Positions 54,145-64,000 of a stretch of 64,000 bases of DNA are shown piece after piece. The first letter of the stretch is position 1. Each line of letters starts with the position of its first letter. The DNA comes from an uncultured Clostridia bacterium. Its GTDB lineage: Bacteria; Bacillota; Clostridia; Christensenellales; UBA1242. The notes below the pieces were generated by a model, which did no database searches, was not told where the DNA came from, and saw only the letters and a list, made by a program, of their open reading frames with translations. The stretch is from contig CANRQB010000002.1 of NCBI GenBank assembly GCA_947632645.1, positions 16,489-80,488 on the forward strand, read 5' to 3'. Both the position numbers and the translations under genes were made by a program.

Positions 54145-54936
54145 ATGCAAAAAAGGTTGGATGGCGAGTTTTATAAAAAGGGTTTAGGTCAAAATTTTAT
54201 TTATGACTATAATCTTTTAAATGCTATAGCCAACGATGGGGAGGTGGGGTATGCCGACACCGTGCTAGAAATTGGCGCAGGTGCAGGCACACTAACTAAA
54301 GTGTTGTGTAGTAAGGCCAAAAAAGTTATATCGTTTGAAATAGATGAAACACTAAAATCAACCCTAAATAAACTAGCAGAACAAAACAAAAATTTAACCT
54401 TAATATTTGCCGACTTTTTAAAGGCGGATTTAACCAAAATTTTAGATACCCCCACCCGGGTGGTAGCAAACATACCATACTACATAACCACACCAATAAT
54501 TTTTAAGTTAGTTGAGCATATAAAAAACATAAAATCCATACTGGTGCTTGTGCAAAAAGAAGTTGCCATGCGCTTTAATGCTGCACCAAAAACCAAAGAT
54601 TACGGCATAACAAGTGTTATTTTGCAGGCGCTGTTTGAAACTAGCATACCGCGCATTGTTAAAAAGGAGTGCTTTACCCCAGCGCCAAAAGTGGATAGCG
54701 CGCTTATAAAACTTATTCCGCACAACAAATACAACATACAAAATTTAGATGCGTTTTCTGCCTTTGTTCATCAAGCATTTTCCATGCGCAGAAAAACACT
54801 TGTTAACAACCTAAAAACCAAATATGACAAAACAAAAATTGAGCAAACCCTAATAAACTATGGCTATTCAGCATCCGCCCGTCCGGAAGAAATAACTGTA
54901 GCTGATTTTGTAAACATTTTTGCCGAGCTAGATTAA
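54145..54936 (+). CDS. rsmA: 16S rRNA (adenine1518/1519-N6)-dimethyltransferase
   Basis: KKGLGQNFIYD, VLEIGAGAGTLT and NIPYYITTPI motifs. Confidence 0.92.
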   Translation: MQKRLDGEFYKKGLGQNFIYDYNLLNAIANDGEVGYADTVLEIGAGAGTLTKVLCSKAKKVISFEIDETLKSTLNKLAEQNKNLTLIFADFLKADLTKILDTPTRVVANIPYYITTPIIFKLVEHIKNIKSILVLVQKEVAMRFNAAPKTKDYGITSVILQALFETSIPRIVKKECFTPAPKVDSALIKLIPHNKYNIQNLDAFSAFVHQAFSMRRKTLVNNLKTKYDKTKIEQTLINYGYSASARPEEITVADFVNIFAELD

Positions 54937-54953
54937 ATTATAAATTTAATTTT

Positions 54954-54984
54954 CCGCCTTTTGCATTTTTAGGCGGTTTTTTTT
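54954..54984 (+). terminator. rsmA intrinsic terminator
   Basis: CCGCCT-N11-AGGCGG followed by a T-run. Confidence 0.7.
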
Positions 54985-55066
54985 GTTTTTATCTTTGCAT
55001 AATTTTGTTGGCAAATTAAATGCGTAAAATCACCATAAAATAAACCAATTTTTTAGCCAATTTTGT

Positions 55067-55095
55067 TTGACTTAAAAATTTAAAAATAATATAAT
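55067..55095 (+). promoter_or_regulatory. Sigma-A-type promoter of the giant ORF
   Basis: TTGACT (55067-55072), 17 bp, TATAAT (55090-55095). Confidence 0.6.
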
Positions 55096-55142
55096 TATTT
55101 TGTAGAAAATTGTAGATAATAATTTTTAAGGGTATCAGGGGT

Positions 55143-58100
55143 ATGAAAAAACGAATATTTAAAATGCTTGGCATTGTGCTGGCAAGCGTGCTTGGCTTGT
55201 TTGGCGTAATTGCTGGTGTGCTAGCATTAACTGGCAAATTTAAGGCGGATCCAATTTATCCATCGCGCCTTTCTTTTGAAAACAACACTCTATCTGTAAA
55301 TTATGATGTGGACAATCCAAATCAGCTGTACACTTTCACATTAAATGCGCAGTCCGATAAAGCAAAGCAGGTTAACAAAAAAGAGGTGTACATAAACCTA
55401 AATAGGCAAAATTTGGTAGCAGGTAAAAATTTAATTATAATAACCAATCGCTCGGGCGATCCGTTGCCTGCTCAGCAGGATGGCTTTTATAAAATAAATT
55501 GTAACGAGCCAACCTATTTTAAAGTTAATAGGGAGGCAATCGAGGCAACATACACCGCCAACGAATATGGCTATGTAACAGTTCATGGCGAGGCAAGGCG
55601 GGATGGCGTGGTTTCTGTTTCCACAAAAGAGGATCTTAAAATAAATGTAGATATAATGGCAAAAGAGTTAAAAATTTTTGCCGAGGGATACATCACCACT
55701 CAAGCAACAAATGGCGGCACCGCTGTTTTATTAGAGGCTGGCTCGCCACTGAATTTGGAATTTGAAGTGGGTCCTAATAACGCGCTTTCTAGCTACACAG
55801 GCGCAACAAAACAAGTGGAAATTTATTGTGACCACACAGACGGAACATACACCTTAATAACACAAAACAATTGTGCCGAATATAACCTAACTTGGGTGGG
55901 CGGTGCCGGCATGAAAAACACAACCTACGGGCGCAATATTTATAGCTCGGGCTATCAATTTTTATCCGAGCAAGATTCGATAACCAAAAGTTTTGCCGCA
56001 GCAATCTATCCAAGCATGGATTATACTGATGAGGCAGATATAAACGACGTTAACACTGTATACAACAACCACATATCTAAAATACCAAATTGCAGATTTA
56101 CCATTGATGTGCAGGCAAAAGATGTTTCTAGCATAGAACTATCAAACAATGCAAACTACACCCTAAATGTGGATAACACCATAGATGTTGCCAACCTTGT
56201 GCAGATGACTGGCACTGGGGCAGATTCTCGCTTAAAAGAAATTGCTTTTGGCATTGCGGATAAAGATAACTCTTTCCGTAAAATCAACATAGAATTTGTG
56301 TCGGAGGATGGGGCAAGTGTGCTTGCAAGGCAAAATCCACAAAACTATCAGATCACAAACTTGGGTGGCTATGCCATAACTATAGATGATGTTAGATACA
56401 CACTTAATTTAGACAATCGCCTAACGCTTAAATCATCCGACGGGCAAAAAGAGTATCGCCCAATTGTAAGCGTGCAAGCGGACTCTACAATCTACACATC
56501 AAAATTGGCTGCATTTGTGCTTAAAAATGGCGAAAATTATTCGCTTGTTACCCTTTCTAGCGGCAGTTATATGGACTTTTACATTAATTCTACCGACTTA
56601 ACTGGCAATGTATACACAACCGCAACCAAAAACGAATTTGATTACGAGATAGAAAAAAGTGGCGAATCAACCTTTACCTTTAAACCAAAAAGCGAAATTG
56701 CTGATACAAATATAGTGCTTAATATGTTTGTGATTAACAGCAACGGCAAAATTGTTTTGGCAAGCAACCATTGCACAATTAATATAGGAGTGGTGGTTGG
56801 CCAACCAACAAAAGAAGTGCAAAATTTTTCTGCCAATATTTCGTATGGCGAAACGGGAAGAGCTTTTAACACAGCCGATATCAACACACTTTTCAATTTA
56901 AAAAACTCTACTGGCAGTGCGTACAGCTATTCCACATTTGCGCTTGCAACATTGGATACAACTTCTGGTTTGGATGTTATAGATAAATCGTTTAGCTATC
57001 AGGGCAACACCTACAAATTGCTTGGATATAATAGGGATGGCCAATTTGTAAACGAAGTGCGTGCAAATGCAAACATAATTTCTAAGGATTTAACCAATAC
57101 AAAAATTTATTTGGTGCTTTTAAAAACCAATGATGATTTGTCTAGCTATGTAAACACGCACAGCACAATCGAAGTTAACACAGTGTATCTAGATCGAGCT
57201 ATTTCTACAAGCGTAAATCTAAATTTGCAAGAGTCTGACTTGATATTTAATTTTTCCACTGAGGATCCAAACTATCTTATAAAAGAAAATAACGATGCAA
57301 AATTTGTTTATCATGTGTATGGCGGTGCGCAAAGCAACACGCTAACCATAACCTCAAACAATAACTTAATTTTGCAAGATATAAATGCGCTTTACGATAG
57401 CCAAAATTTGGTGTCGCTGTTAAACGAAGGTGGCAACACAGCGGTAGAAAACAATAATTTTGATGTTGAATATTCGTCTAGCGGCTACACAATAAAATTT
57501 GCCGACAATATTGTGCCACCAAGTTCAACCGATTATTATAGGTTTGCGCTTAATGTGGGCGGGCAAATTGTTTGCAGCACACATGTGTACTTTATCCCTA
57601 ACACACCAGAAATCATTCAACTTAAAATGGAGGGTTTGGCAGAAAATGCACCTATAAATTTGGCAGCAAGCGAACAAACAGCGGTTAGCGATAATTTCCC
57701 ATATATCCAAATTTACATAGGGTGGGATGCCAACCAATACACATATCAATATAAACTTGTGTACAACGGCGCGGAATACGATATAACCAATCCAAAACTC
57801 TTCTTTAATAGCACTGCAGCAAAATCAGACGGATTTGGATTTATTGCAAACCCATATCCAACTTTGGATAGAAATTTAAGTTATGTTGTAAAATCTGGTG
57901 ACGAATATCTACGCCTAAATTTGGATGGGGACAACCCATTTGAAGTTTTAGGTGTAACAGCCAGCCAATATGCAGTTATATCAATAACTTGCAGCAATGC
58001 CAATCCAGATAGTTATGATAACGCTCAAGTAACCTTCTTTATGCGCGTAAAAATTGACGAAGAGGAAGAAAACTCTTTTGAAACCACTGCGGATAAAAAC

Positions 58101-61100
58101 GATAATATAATCGAGCAAAGCACCATAAATTTACTAAATGGCGGATACTTTAACTATACACACGATAGCCAGCAAATATCTATCGATGGGGCAGTGTTCT
58201 CCGATTTAAAAGACAACACTCCTTTTGGCGAAAAATACAACATTCAAATCTTATCACCAGTGTTGGATGCTAGCCAGGCTGTTACCCGTGCGACCGATGG
58301 CCAACTTGTGGCACAGATAACCGACGATGCCAACCACGTAATTTTAAAAATAGAGTATAAACAGGTTGGCGATAAATACGATCTGGTTTTCACACGCGAA
58401 TATAACAAAAACACCTTGTTATATATCTCTTTTAACATCAAGGTTAAAACCGATTTTACACCAATAGCAATCAGTTTGCGCTTTAGCCCAACCCTGCAAG
58501 TAAATAGAAATTCAGAGTGGAATATGGGTTTTTATGCGGACACCACCGTTTTGCTTTACGAAGTGTACAATGACGACATTGGCATGAACGAAAGCAAAAA
58601 TAAGCCAGTGTTTAAAATTTTAAACAAAAATAAGGATGGTGCAAAAATTGTTGTTGAAGTAACCAATCCATCTTCTTCTACCACCACAGTTGAAAGTGCA
58701 GGTAGCGAAGATATAAATGCCGAATATCAATTTAAAGCTGTTGGTGAATATAAGTTTAAATTTTACACCCAAGCAGATGGTGCCGAAAAAACCCCAATAA
58801 TCGAGGAAGAATATACAATTACAGTTAAAGAAAATTTAGTGGTTGTGCTAAACGATAGTTACCAAACCAACGCAATCGATTTGCAGTCAGATACTAACTA
58901 CACTTTATCCAACTACATAAGTTTAAGGGCATACACCACAAACAACAACATCGTGTATGGTAAACAGGTGGATAATAAGGTTAACATGTATTCGGATAGC
59001 GGTTTGCTTCAAGTGCAAGATTTAAGCGCGCAACTAAACAATTTAACCTTTACATCTACCGATATAAACATTTCTGGTGGCAAAATAAATGTTGGTTGGA
59101 TAGCCGAACTTAACTTTGATGATGAAATTAATTTAACACTAAATTATAACGATACACCAATTGTAATTTGGGGTTACGACGAGGTTAAAAATCTAGTTGT
59201 TATAGATAGCATAGCCGCGCACGTAACAAATAAATATAAGGTTACAACAAAACAAAGCGCAATAAACACCTATCAAGAGTATGATTTTAACACATTATTT
59301 GATCTGGCTAATGGTGGACTAAATCTAAAAATTAATTCAGTGCAACTTTCTAGCAATGCAAACACCGATATAAAATTTGCAGTAACCGACGGCAAGGTTA
59401 GTGTAAGCGTTGCAAATGCCAACCTGCCTGAATATACTGTAAACGCAATATTCACCTTTGTTGATGCTAATGATGAAGAAAAGATATTAACTGGCGAATT
59501 TAGCTTTACTATCAAGCCATACAAACCAGCACAAGTTGCCGACGAACTAACAGTTGCCAAGGATGCCAATGTGGATATACTAAATTTGGCATATGGAATA
59601 GAAGCCGGCAAACAAGTTGCAGAAAATGATACATGTATAAGCAAAATTGTGCTAACACAAATTACAATAAACAACAATCCAACCAACATAACTGGCGAAA
59701 TTGGCTATAGTGTAGTGGAATCTAGCTGGCAAGTTTTAAATAGCAACCTTATTGACCTATCCTTGTACACAGCCGATATTAACACAGATAGTGTGCAAGC
59801 TAATATAACCATACAAATAGTGTACACAGATGGCTACACCTATACATACGATTTAACAATAACAATAACCAACAATGTAAACATACAAATTAACTATCCA
59901 ATAAATGTAAGCGATGTTGTTAACGAAGAGAACCCACGTTTATTTTACTTAGAGAATGAACATCAAAATATTGTTTTTGATAATTACGAAGTTGTAACCC
60001 TGCAAGAACATATGGTGGATGGCGCCATGTCTACCACCACAACAATAGATTTAGCATACGATAGTTTGCTTAACTTTTCACGCGTAAGTGTAAATAGGGC
60101 AGAAAATGGCGTGGTTAATACATATCGTTTGCCAGCGGATGCCACCATTTCGCTTTATGCACAATATATAGGGCAAAATAGTTCGTACGGGCTAAATAAC
60201 GGTATTACTATTAATGGCACCAGTATCAGCTTTAGTGTGCCAAATATAATAAATGAAACGCAAATGTATTTTGTGTTTAAAATTCAGTATCAGGATGCTC
60301 AAGCAAAATTCTATCTAATTAAAACCGCATGTATCGACCGCACTAAGATTGAAAATACATACTACCAAACTACCAAAAACGCATTTGTAAATTATAGCGA
60401 TGAGCAGTTTGTAAATGTTGGGCAAGAAGTGGACATACTTGGGAAAAGCGTTAAAACCCAGTTAGACAGTTTGTTTTTTAGCCAACCAAACTACACGGCA
60501 GATAATATAAAACTTTTCTACCTAGATGCAAACTATTTAGGCGAAAAATCTATTGATGGTCTAATTAATATCAAGCGCGGCGGGCTGTTAAATTCAAATG
60601 CAACCTTAAGTGCGCCAGCCGACCACTTAACCTTAAAAATTATTGTTGTGTATAGCGATAATGAAAGTATATTTGCCCCAATTGGTTTGTTAAATGTTTA
60701 CATAACTCCAACAAACAGCGAAGTTATAGACGACAATTTATTACAAAACGTATCAGAAGGCATAACAGGTGAATATATGGCAAACTTAACCGAACTTGGC
60801 GAAAACACCATATTTAAAGATGGCGATTATTCTGAAACACAATTTGTTGTGGGCAATTTGCCAGACGGGTTTACGCTAGGCGAGGACGGCACAATAACAT
60901 ACAAAGGCAAAACCATATTAACCTTAACTAACGATACAGTTAAATTGGAAAACTTTGCCGATGACAAGCTTACTTTCACTGTTACATATACACTATATAG
61001 TGGCTTAACCGTAAAAGTAAACTACACTTTAAATGCTATGTCAATTTATGAGCGTGGTAGCGAAAGATTGGGCGATAAATTTGTAGATGGCAAATTTAAC

Positions 61101-64000
61101 AACTATCTAGATCTTTCTAAATACATACCACAAAATTATAATGGCAAACTAACCTTTAGCTATAATGGCAGCACTAGCCAGCAAATAGATTATAAAGGGC
61201 AGGATGTAACCGGCACGCTATTAGAAAATGAAAATAGGGTAAAATATGGCTACGAAAATGGCACTCTTGTGTTGTACTTCATCCAAGATAACCAGCAATA
61301 CACCTTAGAAAACTTTATTATAAACATCGATAATCTGGCGGCAGATATCACCTCAATAAATTTAACCATAATTGTAGAAAGCGAGGTTAATATAACCTCT
61401 AATGGCGAAGGTACAAATAAGGATAACGCTCACCGACTAACAAACATCAACTACACTGAGGACAGAAAAGTAAACTATTATGAGGCGAAGGGTAGTTCTA
61501 TTTATGTAGAAAAAACCACAGTGGACAACACCGAATTGGTGCAATATAAAATTTACGATGGCAATGATAATTCTGGCACACTACTTGTAACCATAACCAC
61601 AAATAGGTCTGCCAAATTTAAAATCAATTTCCGCAATAGCAGCGATTTAACAGTTGCAACCGATATCGATAAAATGATTGTCCTTAACAACAACGAGGGC
61701 AGCGTAACTATAGATGAAAGCACAGAAATCAGTTTTGCACACTTGGCAGTAGCTTACACCATTGTAATGGACTTAGATGTGGAGAATTACAGGCAAATCA
61801 ACGATGGGCGCAATAGATACTATCTAACACTGCCAAACACCTATAATGGGCTAACCGCGGTGTACGAAGTGGTTAACACAACTAGCGAAGTGGTTAAGCC
61901 AAATGATAGTTACTCGGTAGAAGAGTTGTTTACCCAGCAAAGCGCAGTAAACGACATTTTAACTGATACTGATAATGTTATAATTAACAAATTTAAGTTT
62001 AAGGTTAAAGATTTAAACGGGCAGGATGTAAGTGATTATTCGCCATCCGACATGGGCTTTACAATAACAGAAAGCGTTAACCATATAAGAATTAACGAAT
62101 ACGATAGGTTAGGGTATATCTCGGTTTCGGATGACCACAGCCGTTTAACAATAAACAATGTAACAAATAGTCAAAATTCTAGTGTTCTTTTAACCAACTA
62201 TGCCGGTGTAAGTTGCCAGTATAGTTTCAACATTTTGCCAAACGGCAACGGGCTGGATAAAGCTGATGGCGGCAATCAAATTTTTGAAGATGATAGCGAG
62301 CGCTACACCACTCACTTTATAAGCGACACAGAAACAACTTCAATGCAAGAGAAGGCCCTTACGCTTGGCAAAATAAGAAGCGGGGATAACACCAACATTT
62401 ATATAACCAAAATTAGCATAACCGAAGGCAACTCTCAACCTTTAACTGCCGATGGGCTAACAATTGAAAAAGGGGTTATTTCTAGCAATAATTACACATA
62501 TAGGATATTTGTAAAAAGCAATATCGTAAAACTTGCAATTACGCGCACTAGTGGAAATTTAACTAGCCGACTTATTGTAAACTTTACCCTATATGGCAAC
62601 AGCAAAATAGAAGATAACTTTAGCGTGTACATCTACAATGCAACCGAAACCGAAAGTGGGCAAAAGCAATATTTTGGTGTGGATAACAACACAATAGATT
62701 TATCAAAAATTTATATGTACACCAGCAATGTAAGTGATCCACTAGATCTAACTTGGGATATAGTTAAAGAACAAAGCTCGGCAACAATAGAACCCACAAA
62801 TAGAAATATCAGTTTAGACAACCTATTTACGCAAGCCAACAATATTTTAACACTAAAAAATCAGGTGCAAAATATAAATGTAACACTAAAAATTAACATT
62901 GTAAATAAATTAAAATTGCAAGATAAAGATGTGCAAAAAATTATAGCAGAAAAATCGTTTGGATTTACAATAAAAATGGGTATATCGCTGTATCTGCATA
63001 AAGATAATGAATATCTAAACTTTGACTCTAAAGCTAACGAATTGAAATCGCAACCTCTGGTTTGCAAGTTTAATACCTTGCCATACACTTGGAATTTAGC
63101 AAGCATTATTAATGTAAACGGCCACAGCTACAACATAGTGGCAAAAACAGCTGATGGCAGTAAGGAAGTGCCTTTAACTTCGGTTATATCCAATGTAACC
63201 TGCTCTAATATTAGTGATTTAGAGTTTAACAATAATAATGGCTCTAAAATAATCTTTAATTCGGATATAAATGATAGCCAAATATATTATCTTGAATTTA
63301 CTTTAATTGGTAACGGAACAACTATAACCCAAACACTTCCAGTTAAATTTGAGGGGGTTGTTCAGGTTAGCTATGCCAATGGTGGCGAAGATAGGTCTAG
63401 CATAATGGATAACGACCAAAAAGGGTATAACTCTGGCGCTGTAATTTATCCTTTTAAAAGCGAAAACACAGGGTTGGGCACAACCGCAATAGTTGTAACG
63501 GTAGCTGACGGATTTACCGCGCAAGTAAAATATCGTTATAATATTGTGCTAAGCAGTCAGTTCTACAATAATGCTAAAGCTTCAAATTGGTTTGATGGCC
63601 CTATTGGCGAGGATACTCCAGATATTAATATTAAAAACCTTAACGAGGCACTAACTTTGCCAACCACATCGCATGTAGAGCAGGTGATTGTTATATATCA
63701 ATTCCAAATTGTGTATAAAAAACAAAGTGGGAGTGAAAGCGAAAATTATCAGTCTGAGTGTTATTATGGAATGTATCAGGTTAATGGCATAAATTATGTG
63801 GATAAACTAGCAGACAACAAAGAAATAGATGTAGATAAAGATAACTACATTTTAACAGAAGACAGCAATTCGCTTTTATCGCTCATTTATTTTGAACAAA
63901 CCTTTACAGTGGATGGCGACCTTGGCACTTTTGGCGAAATTTCGTTTAAACTAAAGCAAGGGGATGACGGCTTAGTTTGTGTGCTAATTAAAGGTGAAAA
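55143..64000 (+). CDS. Giant membrane-anchored surface protein, 3'-truncated by the window edge (at least 2,952 codons)
   Basis: Hand translation from ATG 55143 meets no stop up to codon 63996-63998. Upstream in-frame TAG at 55113-55115. N-terminal signal-anchor MKKRIFKMLGIVLASVLGLFGVIAGVLALTG. Asn/Thr/Ser-rich beta-type sequence throughout. Absent from the ORF track because no stop lies inside the window. Confidence 0.85.
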   Translation, partial: MKKRIFKMLGIVLASVLGLFGVIAGVLALTGKFKADPIYPSRLSFENNTLSVNYDVDNPNQLYTFTLNAQSDKAKQVNKKEVYINLNRQNLVAGKNLIIITNRSGDPLPAQQDGFYKINCNEPTYFKVNREAIEATYTANEYGYVTVHGEARRDGVVSVSTKEDLKINVDIMAKELKIFAEGYITTQATNGGTAVLLEAGSPLNLEFEVGPNNALSSYTGATKQVEIYCDHTDGTYTLITQNNCAEYNLTWVGGAGMKNTTYGRNIYSSGYQFLSEQDSITKSFAAAIYPSMDYTDEADINDVNTVYNNHISKIPNCRFTIDVQAKDVSSIELSNNANYTLNVDNTIDVANLVQMTGTGADSRLKEIAFGIADKDNSFRKINIEFVSEDGASVLARQNPQNYQITNLGGYAITIDDVRYTLNLDNRLTLKSSDGQKEYRPIVSVQADSTIYTSKLAAFVLKNGENYSLVTLSSGSYMDFYINSTDLTGNVYTTATKNEFDYEIEKSGESTFTFKPKSEIADTNIVLNMFVINSNGKIVLASNHCTINIGVVVGQPTKEVQNFSANISYGETGRAFNTADINTLFNLKNSTGSAYSYSTFALATLDTTSGLDVIDKSFSYQGNTYKLLGYNRDGQFVNEVRANANIISKDLTNTKIYLVLLKTNDDLSSYVNTHSTIEVNTVYLDRAISTSVNLNLQESDLIFNFSTEDPNYLIKENNDAKFVYHVYGGAQSNTLTITSNNNLILQDINALYDSQNLVSLLNEGGNTAVENNNFDVEYSSSGYTIKFADNIVPPSSTDYYRFALNVGGQIVCSTHVYFIPNTPEIIQLKMEGLAENAPINLAASEQTAVSDNFPYIQIYIGWDANQYTYQYKLVYNGAEYDITNPKLFFNSTAAKSDGFGFIANPYPTLDRNLSYVVKSGDEYLRLNLDGDNPFEVLGVTASQYAVISITCSNANPDSYDNAQVTFFMRVKIDEEEENSFETTADKNDNIIEQSTINLLNGGYFNYTHDSQQISIDGAVFSDLKDNTPFGEKYNIQILSPVLDASQAVTRATDGQLVAQITDDANHVILKIEYKQVGDKYDLVFTREYNKNTLLYISFNIKVKTDFTPIAISLRFSPTLQVNRNSEWNMGFYADTTVLLYEVYNDDIGMNESKNKPVFKILNKNKDGAKIVVEVTNPSSSTTTVESAGSEDINAEYQFKAVGEYKFKFYTQADGAEKTPIIEEEYTITVKENLVVVLNDSYQTNAIDLQSDTNYTLSNYISLRAYTTNNNIVYGKQVDNKVNMYSDSGLLQVQDLSAQLNNLTFTSTDINISGGKINVGWIAELNFDDEINLTLNYNDTPIVIWGYDEVKNLVVIDSIAAHVTNKYKVTTKQSAINTYQEYDFNTLFDLANGGLNLKINSVQLSSNANTDIKFAVTDGKVSVSVANANLPEYTVNAIFTFVDANDEEKILTGEFSFTIKPYKPAQVADELTVAKDANVDILNLAYGIEAGKQVAENDTCISKIVLTQITINNNPTNITGEIGYSVVESSWQVLNSNLIDLSLYTADINTDSVQANITIQIVYTDGYTYTYDLTITITNNVNIQINYPINVSDVVNEENPRLFYLENEHQNIVFDNYEVVTLQEHMVDGAMSTTTTIDLAYDSLLNFSRVSVNRAENGVVNTYRLPADATISLYAQYIGQNSSYGLNNGITINGTSISFSVPNIINETQMYFVFKIQYQDAQAKFYLIKTACIDRTKIENTYYQTTKNAFVNYSDEQFVNVGQEVDILGKSVKTQLDSLFFSQPNYTADNIKLFYLDANYLGEKSIDGLINIKRGGLLNSNATLSAPADHLTLKIIVVYSDNESIFAPIGLLNVYITPTNSEVIDDNLLQNVSEGITGEYMANLTELGENTIFKDGDYSETQFVVGNLPDGFTLGEDGTITYKGKTILTLTNDTVKLENFADDKLTFTVTYTLYSGLTVKVNYTLNAMSIYERGSERLGDKFVDGKFNNYLDLSKYIPQNYNGKLTFSYNGSTSQQIDYKGQDVTGTLLENENRVKYGYENGTLVLYFIQDNQQYTLENFIINIDNLAADITSINLTIIVESEVNITSNGEGTNKDNAHRLTNINYTEDRKVNYYEAKGSSIYVEKTTVDNTELVQYKIYDGNDNSGTLLVTITTNRSAKFKINFRNSSDLTVATDIDKMIVLNNNEGSVTIDESTEISFAHLAVAYTIVMDLDVENYRQINDGRNRYYLTLPNTYNGLTAVYEVVNTTSEVVKPNDSYSVEELFTQQSAVNDILTDTDNVIINKFKFKVKDLNGQDVSDYSPSDMGFTITESVNHIRINEYDRLGYISVSDDHSRLTINNVTNSQNSSVLLTNYAGVSCQYSFNILPNGNGLDKADGGNQIFEDDSERYTTHFISDTETTSMQEKALTLGKIRSGDNTNIYITKISITEGNSQPLTADGLTIEKGVISSNNYTYRIFVKSNIVKLAITRTSGNLTSRLIVNFTLYGNSKIEDNFSVYIYNATETESGQKQYFGVDNNTIDLSKIYMYTSNVSDPLDLTWDIVKEQSSATIEPTNRNISLDNLFTQANNILTLKNQVQNINVTLKINIVNKLKLQDKDVQKIIAEKSFGFTIKMGISLYLHKDNEYLNFDSKANELKSQPLVCKFNTLPYTWNLASIINVNGHSYNIVAKTADGSKEVPLTSVISNVTCSNISDLEFNNNNGSKIIFNSDINDSQIYYLEFTLIGNGTTITQTLPVKFEGVVQVSYANGGEDRSSIMDNDQKGYNSGAVIYPFKSENTGLGTTAIVVTVADGFTAQVKYRYNIVLSSQFYNNAKASNWFDGPIGEDTPDINIKNLNEALTLPTTSHVEQVIVIYQFQIVYKKQSGSESENYQSECYYGMYQVNGINYVDKLADNKEIDVDKDNYILTEDSNSLLSLIYFEQTFTVDGDLGTFGEISFKLKQGDDGLVCVLIKGE

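Noticed and set aside
55016-63524. Eight 60-140-aa minus-strand ORFs listed across 55-64 kb
   Set aside because: All lie antisense to the uninterrupted giant plus-strand ORF. None has an RBS, and none shows protein-like motifs.

Overview
Chromosomal segment of a low-GC Gram-positive (Firmicutes/Clostridia-like) bacterium. It uses the standard genetic code, is densely coding, and has many near-consensus sigma-A promoters (TTGACA-17-TATAAT) and hairpin+T-run terminators. The housekeeping backbone is: ytxC-like/T-box/thrS; L20-type leader/infC-rpmI-rplT; holB-ricT-methyltransferase-MBL hydrolase and rsmI (minus strand); an isolated rpoB-rpoC operon; uvrB and uvrA (separated and divergent); pepF; a SpoVB/MurJ-like flippase; groES-groEL; valS; rsmA. 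Accessory content is interleaved. Three very large membrane-anchored surface proteins together take about a quarter of the window: 25000-29022, 43356-46487 (minus), and an ORF of at least 2,952 codons starting at 55143. That last ORF runs off the window edge and is absent from the supplied ORF track. Other accessory items are a 12 x 31-residue tandem-repeat protein, an ankyrin-repeat protein, and a HicB-like gene in a 3-gene cassette bracketed by ~66-bp direct repeats. There is also a ~500-bp array of 16 short palindromic units downstream of uvrA, and a recurrent family of A/T-rich GTTACTTTT...AAAAGTAAC hairpins in four intergenic regions. I recognised no rRNA/tRNA genes, CRISPR-cas, transposases or integrases. 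All calls were made by eye from the sequence and translated ORFs. Small-motif coordinates and counts are hand-derived and need computational confirmation.
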